Origin: Prorocentrum cordatum
Lineage: Eukaryota
Assembly: GCA_963575745.1 (NCBI GenBank)
Contig: CAUYUJ010000014.1
Span: 62,001-119,597 of the forward strand
DNA: 57,597 nt
Reading direction: 5' to 3'
Numbering within the stretch: the first letter of the stretch is position 1; the number at the start of each line of letters is the position of its first letter. A program made the translations under genes and the position numbers. Below the pieces are notes generated by a model, which was not told where the DNA came from, did not search any database, and worked only from the letters and a program-made list of their open reading frames with translations. This document shows positions 1-14,145 of the stretch, one piece after another.

Positions 1-49
1 ACGATAACCATGAAAATGGGTGGCATCTCGCGCGCCGTCTTATCTTCGC

Positions 50-900
50 GCCCCCACGTGCCCAGCGTCTCGTCCTGGTCGGCGTAGCTGTGCTGCTTCT
101 CGTGCGTCGCGCGGGACTTGGTGGTCAGTGTCTCCTCCTGGTATGCGGAGCTCTGCTGCTCGAGGAGAGCGGGCGGCGTCTCGCGCGCCGCGTTCTCTTC
201 GCGCCCCTGCGTGCCCAGCGCCTCGTCCTGGTCGCCGTAGCTCTACTGTTTCTCGTGCGTCGTGCGGTCCTTGGTGCCTTGCGCCTCCACCTGGTCTGTG
301 AAGTACTGCTGCTCCAGGGCGGCGTCCTCGGTGCCCAGCGTCAAGTCTTGGTCGTCGCAGTTCTGCTTCTTCTCGTGCTTTTCGTGGTCCTTGGTGCTCG
401 GCGCCTCCGCCTGGTTTGTGAAGCTCTGCTGCTCCAGGGTCGTGTTGTCCATGGTGCCCAGCGTCGCGTCCTGGTGGACGTAGATCTGCTGCTTCTCGCG
501 CGTCGCGTGGGCCTTGGTGGTTTGCGCCTCCGCCTGGTCTGTGAGGTTCTGCTGCTCCAAGGTCGCGTTGTCCTTGGTGCCCAGCGTCGCGTCCTGGTGG
601 TCGCAGCTCTGCTGCTTCTCGCGCGTCGCGTGGTCCTTGGTGCTCGGCGCCTCCGCCTGGTTTGCGATGCTCTGCTGCTCCAAGGTCGTGTTGTCCTTGG
701 TGCCCAGCGTCGCTTCCTGGTAGCCGCAGTTCGGCTGCTCGTACGTCGCATGGTCCTCAGTGCCCGGCGCCTCGTCCTGGTCCGCGAAGCTCTGCTGCTG
801 TTCCAGGGTCTTGGCGTCCTCGGGGCTCAGCTTCTCCTCCTGGTCCTCGTAATTACGCGGCTTCTCGTGTTCCGTTGTGTGCTTGGTGCCCAGCGTCGCG
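50..900 (-). repeat. Tandem repeat with a 123-bp unit (two related ~60-bp halves), reading as a 41-aa repeat on the - strand
   Basis: TCCTTGGTGCCCAGCGTCGC recurs at 571 and 694. ORF 243..995 repeats DATLGTKDNATLEQQ...HATREKQQ. A TAG at 243-245 interrupts the frame although the repeat continues. Confidence 0.75.
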
Positions 901-2739
901 TTCTCCTCCTCCTCCTCCTCCTCCTCGTAGCTGCCATCTGGGCTTAAGAGATTGTCAGGGCAGCCCTGCACAGCCACCCAGTCATCACACAGCACGTGGA
1001 GAGACTAGCTGGGGTGGAGGCCCGCATGGCAGCAATGGCATGGACGGCCTCACGGCAGGTCAAGCTCCGAGTGCCGCGCAACGTGTGCCCGCTGGATCGC
1101 AGAGGCACCTTGCAGCGATTTCAAGCTCACAGAAACGAGCCAGACGCGGACTGCTCCTACACGGCGCCCGACAGACTCAACTGAACTACCTCGCCTTCGT
1201 GGCGCACGAGGCGGAGAAAGACTACGGAGGGCAGCACGAACACACGGCGACCGAGCAGCTGAACTTCACAGAACCCCCCTCCCCCTCCAACTTATGAGAA
1301 TGGTGGTGGAACACAGGCCTATCAACGAGCAAGGAACGCTTTGGCTTGAAACGGCCCCTGCGCGCACGAGGGGGGGGGCGCGAGGAACTGCCACGGGAGG
1401 GGCCCGAGGAACGGCGGGCCCCCCGCCGAGCCCAGGGCGGCCCCCGTCGTGTCACGTCTCGGCTCGGACCGTCGGGCCTGCCCTCCCGCCGGCGGAGTCC
1501 GGAAGGAAAGGGGGCGCACAGCGCAGGGCTGGACCCAAGCAGTGTTTTTTTCGTTTTCGTTTCCTTTTCCTTTTCCCTCGTTCTGTCTTGAGTTCGCCCT
1601 TGCTGCAGAACGGCATCGAAACGAACACGGCCCACGAAGTCGCCCAAGCACCGTTCAGGCCCGCCCCTGGCACAACGGCATACTAGTACTATATGTTCTC
1701 CTGGGAGGCGCAGGTTGCAGTATATCGTTTCCCGAGCAGTGTGGCCAGAAAGCGCCCGCCAAGACGCATATACTATAAGAGTTCTCGGTGCGCGCGTCGC
1801 CCCTGGGGGGGGCGACGCACATATAGTATAAGTATGTTGGGGCGACGCCGAGAAAATAAGAGTAGTCAAAACACGATCGGACATGGTCAGAAATGGTCGA
1901 AGCGTTGTCTCCCGACTATTGTTGCATAGGTTTGAGCATTCCTCCTGGAGTGGGACATGCCCGACTGGAACGTGAATGGGGGGTGAAGACAGGTGCATCT
2001 CTCGTGCCCGAAAGGTGCCCTCAGGGGGCCCCCCTGCGGCCCAGAGAGGGCACGCAAGGCCCACGGTTCTTCGACCACCCTTGGGAGCGACGAGAATCTG
2101 GGCAGGCTTGCCTGCAAGGCTCTCTCACCACCCGCCTCAAAACCTCCCACAAAAGAGGCGCCCTGGGCCGGAGACCTCCAGTCTCCCTCCCGTGAGCCCC
2201 TGCCATCGCTCGGACGTTTATTCCCGCGCATTGGTGAGCGTTTTTTATCCGGCGTTTCGACATTGGGCGGAAAGGGGTGGGGAGGGGGGGGGGTCTGGCT
2301 CCGGACGTCTGCTTAGTGCGACTGTTTGGGACCGTGCGCCCTACCTGCTCGAAACAGGCGCCAAAAACAGCCAGGATCTGCTCCACGGGGGGGGGGGAGG
2401 GGGGGTGCGAAGGCCCGCGCCGATCGGCAAAACGATGCATGAAAAAACGATCACTTGTCCGGCTTCGCGCATGCTCTGTTTCAAGGCTGAACCGAAACGG
2501 TGTTTTTCCCCATATCCTAAGGATTGGGGTTCTTGTTATTACTCTGACGCCTCCCACTCCTCCTCCTCCTCCTTCTTCCTCCCGCTCGCGCCTCCCTCCT
2601 CCCAATGATAATCACCAGATAAGACAAGACAAGATAAGATACTACAAGATAAGATAAGATAGCACAAGATATGATAAGAAGAGATTTCAAGATAAGATAA
2701 GATAAGATAAGGTAAGCTCACACTCGCACTCTCTCATGA

Positions 2740-3569
2740 TCACAAAACGCTGCCAGGGGCATCATTTGGGAGCCCCAAGGGGGAGCCACCCTGGCTGATC
2801 TCACGAGCCCGTTCGCGCCGATTTTGGTGGGACGTCTCAGCTAGAATTGCCGTTGGCGCCCCCAACATGTATCTCTTGAGAGCCTCATGGTCGCAAAACG
2901 CTGCCAGGGGCATCATTTGGGAGCCCCAAGGGGGAGCCACCCTGGCTGATCTCACGAGCCCGTTCGCGCCGATTTTGGTGGGACGTCTCAGCTAGAATTG
3001 ACGTTTGGCGCCCCCAACATGTATCTCTTGAGAGCCTCATGGTCACAAAACGCTGCCAGGGGCATCACTTGGGAGCCCCAAGGGGGAGCCACCCTGGCTG
3101 ATCTCACGAGCCCGTTCGCGACGATTTTGGTGGGACGTCTCAGCTAGAATTGCCGTTTGGCGCCCCCAACATGTATCTCTTGAGAGCCTCATGGTCACAA
3201 AACGCTGCCAGGGGCATCATTTGTGAGCCCCAAGGGGAGCCACCCTGGCTGATCTCACGAGCCCGTTCGCGCCGATTTTGGTGGGACGCCTCAGCTAGAA
3301 TTGCCGTTTGGCCTCCCCAACATGTCTCTCTTGAGAGCCTCATGGTCGCAAAACGCTGCCAGGGGCATCATTTGGGAGCCCCGAGGGGGAGCCACCCTGG
3401 CTGATCTCACGAGCCCGTTCGCGCCGATTTTGGTGGGACGCCTCAGCTGGAATTGCCGTTTGGCCTCCCCAACATGTATCTCTTGAGAGCCTCATGGTCA
3501 CAAAACGCTGCCAGGGGCATCATTTGGGAGCCCCAAGGGGGAGCCACCCTGGCTGATCTCACGAGCCCG
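2740..3569. repeat. 152-bp satellite, about 5.5 copies
   Basis: AAAACGCTGCCAGGGGCATC at 2744, 2895, 3047 and onward; units nearly identical. Confidence 0.95.
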
Positions 3570-3714
3570 TGACGAGAGAGAGAGAGAGAGAGAGCAAGAG
3601 AGAGAGAGAGAGAGGAAGCGAGAGAAAGGGAGAGGAGAGAGAGAGAGAGAGAGAGAGCGGAGAGAGAGAGAGAGAGGGGGAGTTGAGAGAGGAGACAGGC
3701 GAGAGAAAGAGAGA

Positions 3715-3746
<32 letters not shown>

Positions 3747-3783
3747 AGAGAGAAGAGAGAAGAGAGAGAGAGATAGAGATAGA

Positions 3784-3824
<41 letters not shown>

Positions 3825-4154
3825 AAAGTGGAGAGAGAGGGGGGGGGAGAGAGAGAGAGAGAGAGAGAGAGCAGAGAGAGAGAGCGAGAGAGAGAGACGA
3901 GAGAGAGAGAGAGAGAGGAGAGGAGAAATGAAAGAGAGAAGAGAGAGAGCGGGATGAGAGCGAGAAGGGGAGAGAGGAGAGAGAGAGAGAGAGAGAGACG
4001 AGAGAGAGAGAGAGCAGAGAGAGAGAGAGAGAGAGCGGGAGAGAGCGAGGGAGAGCGAGAGAGAGCGAGAGAGAGCGAGTGAGAGCGCGAGAGAGAGAGA
4101 TAGAGCGACAGAGAGCGAGAGAGAGCGAGAGAGAGCAAGAGAGAGCGAGAGAGC

Positions 4155-4190
<36 letters not shown>

Positions 4191-4560
4191 CGAGGGAAGA
4201 GAGAGAGAGAGAGAGAGATATGACGAGAGAGAGAGAGAGAGAAAGAGAGAAGAGAGAGAGAGAGCGAGAGAGAGAGAGAGGGAAGAGTGAGAGGAGAGAG
4301 GAGAGAGACAAGACGAAGAATAGAGGAAGAGAGAGAGGAGAGAGAGAGAGAGAGTGAGAGAGAGAGAGAGGAGAGGTAGAGGCAGAGAGAGAGAGGACAG
4401 AGAGAGAGGCAGAGAGAGAGAGAGGCAGAATGACAGAGGAGAAGAGAGGCAGAGAGAGAGAGAGAGAGGCAAGGGGGGAAAGAGCGAGGCAGAGACAGAG
4501 AAGAGTGGCAGATGAGAGAGAGAGAGAGACAGAGAGAGCAGAGAGAGCAGAGAGAGAGGC
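3570..4560. repeat. Degenerate (GA)n polypurine microsatellite
   Basis: Directly visible. Confidence 0.95.
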
Positions 4561-4857
4561 AGCTCAGTCACACTTAAATCCAGATTCGTCCTCACCGAGT
4601 CCCACCACCAAGGGAGCGCCAGCAAGGAGATGCACATATGGGGATCCCCACGCAGTGAATAATTATTACTCTGACGCCTCCCACTCCTCCTCCTCCTTCT
4701 TCCTCCCGCTCGCGCCCCCCTCCTCCCAATGATAATCACCAGATAAGACAAGACAAGATAAGATACTACAAGATAAGATAAGATAGCACAAGATATGATC
4801 AGAAGAGATTTCAAGATAAGACAAGATAAGTTAAGCTCACACTCACACTCTCTCATG

Positions 4858-6175
4858 ATCACAAAAGCTGCCAGGGGCATCATTTGGGAGCCCCAAGGGG
4901 GAGCCACCCTGGCTGATCTCACGAGCCCGTTCGCGCCGATTTTGGTGGGACGTCTCAGCTAGAATTGCCGTTTGGCGCCCCAAACATGTATCTCTTGAGA
5001 GCCTCATGGTCTCAAAACGCTGCCAGGGGCATCATTTGGGATTTTTTTTTTGGGAGGGGTCCCCAAACAAGGGGGCAGCCCCCCTTGCCTCTTGGCTGAT
5101 CTCACGAGCCCGTTCGCGCCGATTTTGGTGGGACGTCTCAGCTAGAATTGCCGTGTGGCGCCCCCAACATGTATCTCTTGAGAGCCTCATGGTCGCAAAA
5201 CGCTGCCAGGGGCATCACTTGGGAGCCCCAAGGGGGAGCCACCCTGGCTGATCTCACGAGCCCGTTCGCGCCGATTTTGGTGGGACGTCTCAGCTAGAAT
5301 TGCCGTTTGGCGCCCCCAACATGTATCTCTTGAGAGCCTCATTGTCGCAAAACGCTGCCAGGGGCATCAATTGGGAGCCCCAAGGGGGAGCCACCCTGGC
5401 TGATCTCACGAGCCCGTTCGCGCCGATTTTGGTGGGACGTCTCAGCTAGAATTGCCGTTTGGCGCCCCAACATGTATCTCTTGAGAGCCTCATGGTCGCA
5501 AAACGCTGCCAGGGGCATCATTTGGGAGCCCCAAGGGGGAGCCACCCTGGCTGATCTCACGAGCCCGTTCGCGCCGATTTTGGTGGGACGTCTCAGCTAG
5601 AATTGCCGTTTGGCGCCCCCAACATGTATCGCTTGAGAGCCTCATGGTCGCAAAACGCCGCCAGGGGCATCATTTGGGAGCCCCAAGGGGGAGCCACCCT
5701 GGCTGATCTCACGAGTCCGTTCGCGCCGATTTTGGTGAGACGTCTCAGCTAGAATTGCCGCTTGGCGCCCCCAACATGTATCTCTTGAGAGCCTCATGGT
5801 CACAAAACGCTGCCAGGGGCATCACTGGGGAGCCCCAAGGGGGAGCCACCCTGGCTGATCTCACGAGCCCGTTCGCGCCGATTTTGGTGGGACGCCTCAG
5901 CTAGAATTGCCGTTTGGCGTCCCCAACATGTATCTCTTGAGAGCCTCATGGTCGCAAAACGCTGCCAGGGGCATCACTTGGGAGCCCCAAGGGGGAGCCA
6001 CCCTGGCTGATCTCACGAGCCCGTTCGCGCCGAGTTTGGTGGGACGCCTCAGCTAGAATTGCCGTTTGGCTTCCCCAACATGTATCTCTTGAGAGCCTCA
6101 TGGTCACAAAACGCTGCCAGGGGCATCATTTGGGAGCCCCAAGGGGGAGCCACCCTGGCTGATCTCACGAGCCCG
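4858..6175. repeat. 152-bp satellite, about 8.5 copies
   Basis: Same unit as 2740-3569. Confidence 0.95.
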
Positions 6176-6176
6176 T

Positions 6177-6208
<32 letters not shown>

Positions 6209-6338
6209 CAAGAGAGAGAGAGAGAGAGAGAGGAAGCGAGAGAGAGGGAGAGGAGAGAGAGAGAGAGAGGGGGATTTGAGAGAGGAGACAGGCGAGAGAA
6301 AGAGAGAAGAGAGGAGAGAGAGAGAGAGAGAAGAGAGA

Positions 6339-6382
<44 letters not shown>

Positions 6383-6445
6383 ATAGAGAGAGAGAGAGAG
6401 GAGAGAGAGAGATAGAGAGAAAGTTGGATGAGAGAGGGGGGGGGG

Positions 6446-6477
<32 letters not shown>

Positions 6478-6554
6478 GAGGAGAGAGCGAGAAGAAGAGA
6501 GAGAGAGAGAGAGAGAGAGAGCGGGAGAGAGCGAGAGAGAGAGAGAGAGAAAGA

Positions 6555-6590
<36 letters not shown>

Positions 6591-6639
6591 GGAGAGAGCG
6601 AGGGAGAGCGAGAGAGAGCGAGAGAGAGCGAGTGAGAGC

Positions 6640-6676
<37 letters not shown>

Positions 6677-6887
6677 CGACAGAGAGCGAGAGAGAGCAAG
6701 AGAGAGCGAGAGAGCGAAAGAGAGAGAGAGAGAGAATAGAGAGAGAGAGAGATATATAGAGAGAGAACGAGAGAGAGAGAGAGATAGAGAGAGAGAGAGA
6801 AGAGAAGAGAAGAGAAGAGAGAGAGCGAGAGAGAGAGAGAGAGGGAGCGTGAGAGAGAGAGGAGAGAGCAGAGAGAGAATAGAGAGA

Positions 6888-6918
<31 letters not shown>

Positions 6919-7100
6919 GCAGAGATAGAGGCAGAGAGAGAGAGGCACAGAGAGAGAGGCAGAGAGAGAGAGAGAGAGGCAGAGAGACAGAGGCAGAGAG
7001 AGAGGCAGAGAGAGAGAGAGAGGCAGGGAAAGAGAGGCAGAGACAGAGAGAGGGCAGAGAGAGAGAGAGACAGAGAGAGCAGAGAGAGCAGAGAGAGAGG
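6176..7100. repeat. Degenerate (GA)n polypurine microsatellite
   Basis: Directly visible; paralogous to 3570-4560. Confidence 0.95.
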
Positions 7101-7200
7101 CAGCTCAGTCACACTTAAATCCAGATTCGTCCTCACCGAGTCCCACCACCAAGGGAGCGCCAGCAAGGAGATGCACATATGGGGATCCCCACGCAGTGAA

Positions 7201-7340
7201 TAATTACTATTATTATTATTATTACGACTCTTACCGCCACTACTACTACTATGCCTCCTTCGTCTTTTTCTTTAATTGCTGTGCTACTACGGCACAAACT
7301 TCTTCTTTTCGAAAGGAGAAGTTTGTGTATTAATTCTTTT

Positions 7341-7391
<51 letters not shown>

Positions 7392-7849
7392 GTACTACTA
7401 CTCGTGCTGCTACTACTACAAAGACTTGTGCTAACTCACTAGCAACACCAACAACTACCACCACGACTACTGCTATTACTACCCCCGCTGCCACTACTAT
7501 TATTATCACTGCTGCTACTACTACTACTACTACTACTACTATTCCTACTACTACTACTACTCGTACTACTCGTGCTAATGCGAGTGCAACTGCTACTGTT
7601 TCTGGGAATGCTGCTGCTACTGCGATGACTGCGGGGGCGACGACTACTACTGGTGCTAGTTCTTCTACTACTAGTACTACGACAACAACAACTACTATTA
7701 CGACTACTACGATTACTGCTACTACTACCACGACTTCTGTCACTACTACTATTATTCCTACTGCGACTAGTGAGACTATGTTGACGATTACTACGACTAC
7801 TACATGCTTAGTTACTCCTTACTTTTACACAGTAGTAGTAATGGTAGTC

Positions 7850-7924
<75 letters not shown>

Positions 7925-7988
7925 ATAGTAATTGTAGTACTAGCGCGTGTAGTAGTAGTAATAGTAGTAGTAGTAGTAGTAGTAGTAA

Positions 7989-8023
<35 letters not shown>

Positions 8024-8027
8024 ATGC

Positions 8028-8063
<36 letters not shown>

Positions 8064-8072
8064 AAATAGTAC

Positions 8073-8109
<37 letters not shown>

Positions 8110-8110
8110 C

Positions 8111-8207
<97 letters not shown>

Positions 8208-8214
8208 AGTAGTC

Positions 8215-8265
<51 letters not shown>

Positions 8266-8606
8266 TATGTAGGTGTAGTCGTAGCAGTCGTAGTTGCAGT
8301 AATAGTAGTAGTAGTAGTAGTAGTAGTACTAATCGTAGAAGTACGACTAGTATTACTTTTAGTACTACTACTACTACTACTACTACTACTTCCCTGCTAC
8401 TACTACCACTGCGACGGCTATTACTACAACAACAGCAAACCATCAACCAGTACTAGCATTCGCAGCCGTATTCGTATTCGTAGTAGTCGTAGCAGCAGTA
8501 GTAGTAGCCGTTGTAGTTGAAGTAGCAGTAGCAGTTGTAGGAGTGAGTATAGTAGTAGTCGTAGGAGAGGGAGTAGTAGTAGGAGAAATAGTAGTGGTAG
8601 CCGTAC

Positions 8607-8653
<47 letters not shown>

Positions 8654-8666
8654 ATAGTAGTAGTAA

Positions 8667-8700
<34 letters not shown>

Positions 8701-8759
8701 CATAGTGGTCGTAGTAGTAGTAGTAGTAGTAGTAGTCGTAGTAGTAGTAGTAGTAGTAA

Positions 8760-8808
<49 letters not shown>

Positions 8809-9027
8809 AGTAGTCGTAGTAGTCGTGATTTAGTAGTAGTAGTCGTAGTAGTAGTAGTAGTAGTAGTAGTAGTCGTCGTTGTAGTCGTAGTCCTAGTAGT
8901 CGTAGTAGTAGTCGTGGTAGTAGCAGTAGTAGTAGTAGTAGCAGTAGTAGTAGTAGTAGTAGTAGTCGTATAGTTAGAGTAGTAGTTAAGTAGTAGTAGT
9001 AGTCGTCGTTATTATTAGTAGTTAGTC

Positions 9028-9059
<32 letters not shown>

Positions 9060-9116
9060 CGGAGTGGGTAGTGTAGTAGTAGTATGAGTAGTAGTTGTCG
9101 TTGTTGTTTTTAGTTT

Positions 9117-9149
<33 letters not shown>

Positions 9150-9552
9150 GAGTGTAGTGTAGTTAAGTAGTAGTAGTTAATAGTAGTAGTAGTAGTAGTA
9201 GAATATAAAGTCGTAGTAGTAGGAGGTAGTCGTAGTAGTGGTAGTAGTAGAAAAAAAAAACACAAAAATAAAACTAGTGAGTAGTAAGTAGGAGTAGTCC
9301 TTGTAGTGTAGTAGTAGAAGTAGTAGTAGTAGTGTAGTAGTAGTAGTGTAGTAGCAATAATAGTAGTAGTACATAAGTGTAGTAGTAGTTAGTAGAGTAG
9401 TCGTTCGTAGTCGGTAGTAGTAGTGTAGTAGTAGTAGTAGGTAGTAGAGTAGTAGTCGTAGTAGCGTAGTAGTGTAGCAGTTAGTAGTAGTAACGTAAGT
9501 AGTATTCGTAGTAGTAGTAGTAGTAGTGCTAGTAGTAGTAGTTGTAGTAGTC

Positions 9553-9606
<54 letters not shown>

Positions 9607-9648
9607 CTAGTAGTAGTAGTAGTATTAGTCGTAGTAGTAGGAGTAGTC

Positions 9649-9691
<43 letters not shown>
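7201..9691. repeat. (CTA)n/(TAG)n microsatellite field with strand switches
   Basis: CTA to about 7830, TAG to about 8340, CTA to about 8440, then TAG to 9691. Confidence 0.95.
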
Positions 9692-9694
<3 letters not shown>

Positions 9695-10044
9695 GTAACG
9701 CCGTGCCCGTCCGGGCCGTGTAGTAGTGAACCGCTGCTCTGAAGATGTGTCGTTGTCTTTGTGTTTCTTTGGCGCTGAAGTTTATGTTTTAGAGGTTTAT
9801 GTGGCCGATGTTGGATCCGAGAACGTAAATTTACCTAAGAGTTCGACATTCGGTTTTCGGTTTTAAATTGCCTCCCGTCCATACAATCGAGCATGATGGA
9901 AGCGAACGCCGTCTCCGTCCGGGCCCGCCGTGCTCGATTCCGGAGATATTGCGTTGCTTTGCATTGGGTTGCTTTGCATTAGTTTGCATTGCTTGCATTC
10001 GGGTTGCTCAATAGATGTCTGCTGAGGTTGCATTGGGAGCTTAC

Positions 10045-10425
10045 ATCATGATGATGATGTTGAAGAAGGTGGTGATAATGATGATGATGATGACGATGAT
10101 GACGATGGTGATGGTGGTGATGGTGGCGACTAGTATGATGACCATGATGCGGATGATGACGATGACGATGATGACGATGATGCTGATGATGCTGATGTAT
10201 GACGATGACGATGATGTTGATTTATTTCGGTGATGATGACGATGACGAAGATGGTGGCGATGATGATGATTATGATGGTGATGGTGATGCTGGTGATGAT
10301 TGTGATGATGCTGGTGATGATCGCGATTCATGACGATGATGGTGGTGATGATGATGACGATGATGAAGATGATGTTGATGATGATCATTATGGTGATGTT
10401 TATGATGATTCTGATAATGACTATG
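10045..10425. repeat. Degenerate (GAT)n microsatellite
   Basis: Directly visible. Confidence 0.9.
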
Positions 10426-10427
10426 AT

Positions 10428-11760
10428 GAGGATTCGGTCGGATTCCTTAGGATTCCTTCGGATTCCTTAGGATTCCTTCGGATTCGCTAGCATTCCTTAG
10501 GATTCCCCTTCGGGTCCGCTCGCGTTCCTTCACCCTTAGGATTCCCTCAGGATTCCTTGGCGCTTATACACTTCAGGGATTCCTGAGGCGCGCAAGCGCG
10601 AACCCGGACGGGAGCGGCGTGCGGTCTGCGCAAGGATCCCTTAGGATTCCAATAGGATTCGCTGAGGATTCGGTACGGTTCCTTAGGATTCCTTAGGATT
10701 CCTTCGGATTCGCTAGGTTTCCCTAGGATTCTTTTCGGATCCGCTAGCATTCCTTCAGGATTCCCTTTATGATTCCCGCAGGATTTCTAGGCGCTTATAC
10801 ACTTCAGGGATTCCTGAGGCGCGCAAGCGCGAACCCGGACGGGAACGGCGTGCGGTCTGCGCAAGGATTCCTTAGGATTCCAAGTGGATTCGCTGAGGAT
10901 TCGGTAGGGTTCCTTAGGATTCCTTCGGATTCGCTAGGTTTCCTTAGGATTCTTTTCGGATTCGCTAGCGTTCCTTTAGGATTCCATTAGGATTCCCTCG
11001 GGATTCCTAGGCGCTTATACACTTCAGGGATTCCTGAGGCGCGCAAGCGCGAACCCGGACGGGAACGGCGTGCGGTCTGCGCAAGGATTCTTTAGGATTC
11101 CAGTAGGATTCGCTGAGGATTCGGTAGGATTCCTTCGGATTCCTTAGGATTTCTTCGGTTTCGCTAGGTTTCCTTAGGATTCCGTTCGGATTCGCTAGCA
11201 TTCCTTCAGGATTCCCTTAGGATCCCCTCAGGATTCCTAGGCGCTTATACATTTCAGGGATTCCTGAGGCGCGCAAGCGCGAACCCGGACGGGAACGGCG
11301 CGCGGTCTGCGCAAGGATTCACTAGGATCCCAATCGGATTCGCTGAGGATTCGGTAGGATTCCTTCGGATTCCTTCGGATTCGCTAGGTTTCCTTACGAA
11401 TCCTGTCGGATTCGCCAGCATTCCTTCAGGATTCCCTTAGGATTCCCCCAGGATTCCTAGGCGCTTATACACTTCAGGGATTCCTGAGGCGCGCAAGCGC
11501 GAACCCGGACGGGAACGGCGTGCGGTCTGCGCAAGGATTCCTTAGGATTCCAGTTGGATTCGCTGAGGATTCGGTAGGATTCCGGAGAATTCCTTTGGAT
11601 TCCTTAGGATTCCGTTCGGATTCGCTAGGTTTCCTTAGGATTCCCTTCGGATTCGCTAGCATGTCAGGATTCCCTTAGGATTCCCCCAGGATTCCTAGGC
11701 GCTTATACAATGCAGGGATTCCTGAGGCGCGCAAGCGCGAACCCGGACGGGCACGGCGTG
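10428..11760. repeat. About 220-240-bp satellite built from GGATTCCTTA-type 10-mers plus a conserved core, about 6 copies
   Basis: GGCGCTTATACA...GCGCGCAAGCGCGAACCCGGACGGG core at about 10559, 10790, 11009, 11240, 11460 and 11698. Confidence 0.9.
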
Positions 11761-11872
11761 GGGCGTGGGACCCGGACGGGCACGGCGTACGGCGTAGGAC
11801 CCGGACGGGCACGGCGCACGGCGTGGGACCCAGACGGGCACGGCGTGGGGCCCGGACGGGCACGGCGTTACC

Positions 11873-12620
<748 letters not shown>

Positions 12621-13129
12621 AGACGTAGTAATTCTACGACGACAATGTTTACCACTGCTCTTATTTGCTGTTGTTGTTTGCTCTCGTTATTTTTACGTGT
12701 GTTGTCGTTCGTCTGGTAACTCTTGTGCTGCTGCAGCTGCTGCTTCTGCTGCTACTCCTGCGGCTATGTGTTCCACCCTCTCTCGCTCCTCCCTCCCTCC
12801 TTATTTCCCTCCGTCCACAAAGCGAACCTCCGCGGCCGGCTATGTGTTGGCTGCGGGACGGCCTGGAGGCGGTCACCCCGGTGGCGGAGCGGAGTGCCGC
12901 GGGCGAGGATCCCAGGACGGGATTGGCCTCGCGGACCCCGCTGGCGAAGGACAGGGGCCCTTCCCCCGGGGGAGGGAAAGTACGCCGACCTTGTGACAGA
13001 AGTTTTTCCCAACCATCCTGTGGTGTTGGGTCCTCGTTTTGACGAGGCATCGTTCCGCGTCTCCTTCCTCCCGCTGCCCCCCCTCCTGCTCCCCATCATC
13101 AGCATCATCGCCATTATCATCGCTCCTCA

Positions 13130-14145
13130 CACGTTTCGTGGCCCCATAGGCACCGAAGGCCCCAGTGGGGTGGCCACATGCGTCCGCCACACCCAGCACA
13201 GCGTTTCGTGGCCCCATAGGGAGCTCCACCTAAGGGCCCAGTGGGGGGGCCACATGCGTCCGCCACACCCAGTACAGCGCTTCGTGGCCCCATAGGGAGC
13301 TCAACCCAAGGCCCCAGTGGGGGTGGCCGAAGGCGTCCGCCACACCCAGTACAGCGCCTCGTGGCCCCATAGGGAGCTCCATCGGAGGCCCCAGTAGGGG
13401 TGGCCACATGCGTCCGCCACACCCATGTCGGCACACCCAGCACAGCGTTCCGTGGCCTTATAGGCTAATAGGGGGCTCCACCTAAGGGCCCCGTGGGGGT
13501 GGCCACATGCATCCGCCCCACCCAGTACAGCGTTTCGTGGCCCCATAGGGAGTTTCACCCAAGGCCCGAGTGGGGTGGCCACATGCGTCCGCCACACCCA
13601 GTACAGCGTTTCGTGGCCCCATAGGGAGTTCCACCGAATGCCCCAGTGGGGTGGCTACATGCGTCCGCCCCGCCCAGTACAGCGTTTCGTGGCCCCATAG
13701 GGAGCTCCACCTAAGGCCCCAGTGGGGGGGGCCACATGCGTCCGCCACACCCATGCCGGCACGCCATTCACACGTTTCGTGGCCTCATAGGGAGCTCCAC
13801 CTAGGGCCCCAGTGGGGGTGGCCACATAGGTCCGCTACACCCAGCACAGCGCTTCGTGGCCCCATAGGGAGCTCCACCCAAGGCCCCAGGGGGGGTGGCC
13901 ACATGCGTCCGCTACACCCACTACAGCGTTTCGTGGCCCCATAGGGAGCTCAACCCAAGGCCCCACTGTTGGGGGGGCACATGCGTCCGGCACACCCAGC
14001 ACAGTGTTCCGTGGCCTTATAGGGAGCTCCACCGAAGGCTCCGGTGGGGTTGTCCGCCACACCCAGCACAGCGTTTCGTGGCCCCATAGGGAGCGCCACC
14101 TGCGGCCCCAGTGGGGGTGCCCGCATGCGTCCGCCACACCCAGTA
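13130..14145. repeat. About 76-bp satellite, about 13 copies
   Basis: CGTTTCGTGGCCCCATAGGGAGCTCCACC...GGCCACATGCGTCCGCCACACCCAG recurs every 69-90 bp. Confidence 0.92.

Larger units (their letters stand above)
2536..7206. repeat. Two-copy higher-order tandem duplication (about 2.1 kb and 2.5 kb)
   Basis: The same module order occurs twice: TATTACTCTGACGCCTCCC, (AGATA)n, 152-bp array, GA tract, then the GCAGCTCAGTCACACTTAAATCC...GAATAATTA tail (tails at about 4559 and 7100). Confidence 0.9.
9692..11874. mobile_element. Non-autonomous TIR element (about 2.2 kb) inserted in (TAG)n
   Basis: Perfect 25-bp inverted repeats TAGGTAACGCCGTGCCCGTCCGGGC (9692-9716) and GCCCGGACGGGCACGGCGTTACCTA (11850-11874). 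TAG repeats resume on both sides; no transposase ORF. Confidence 0.85.
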
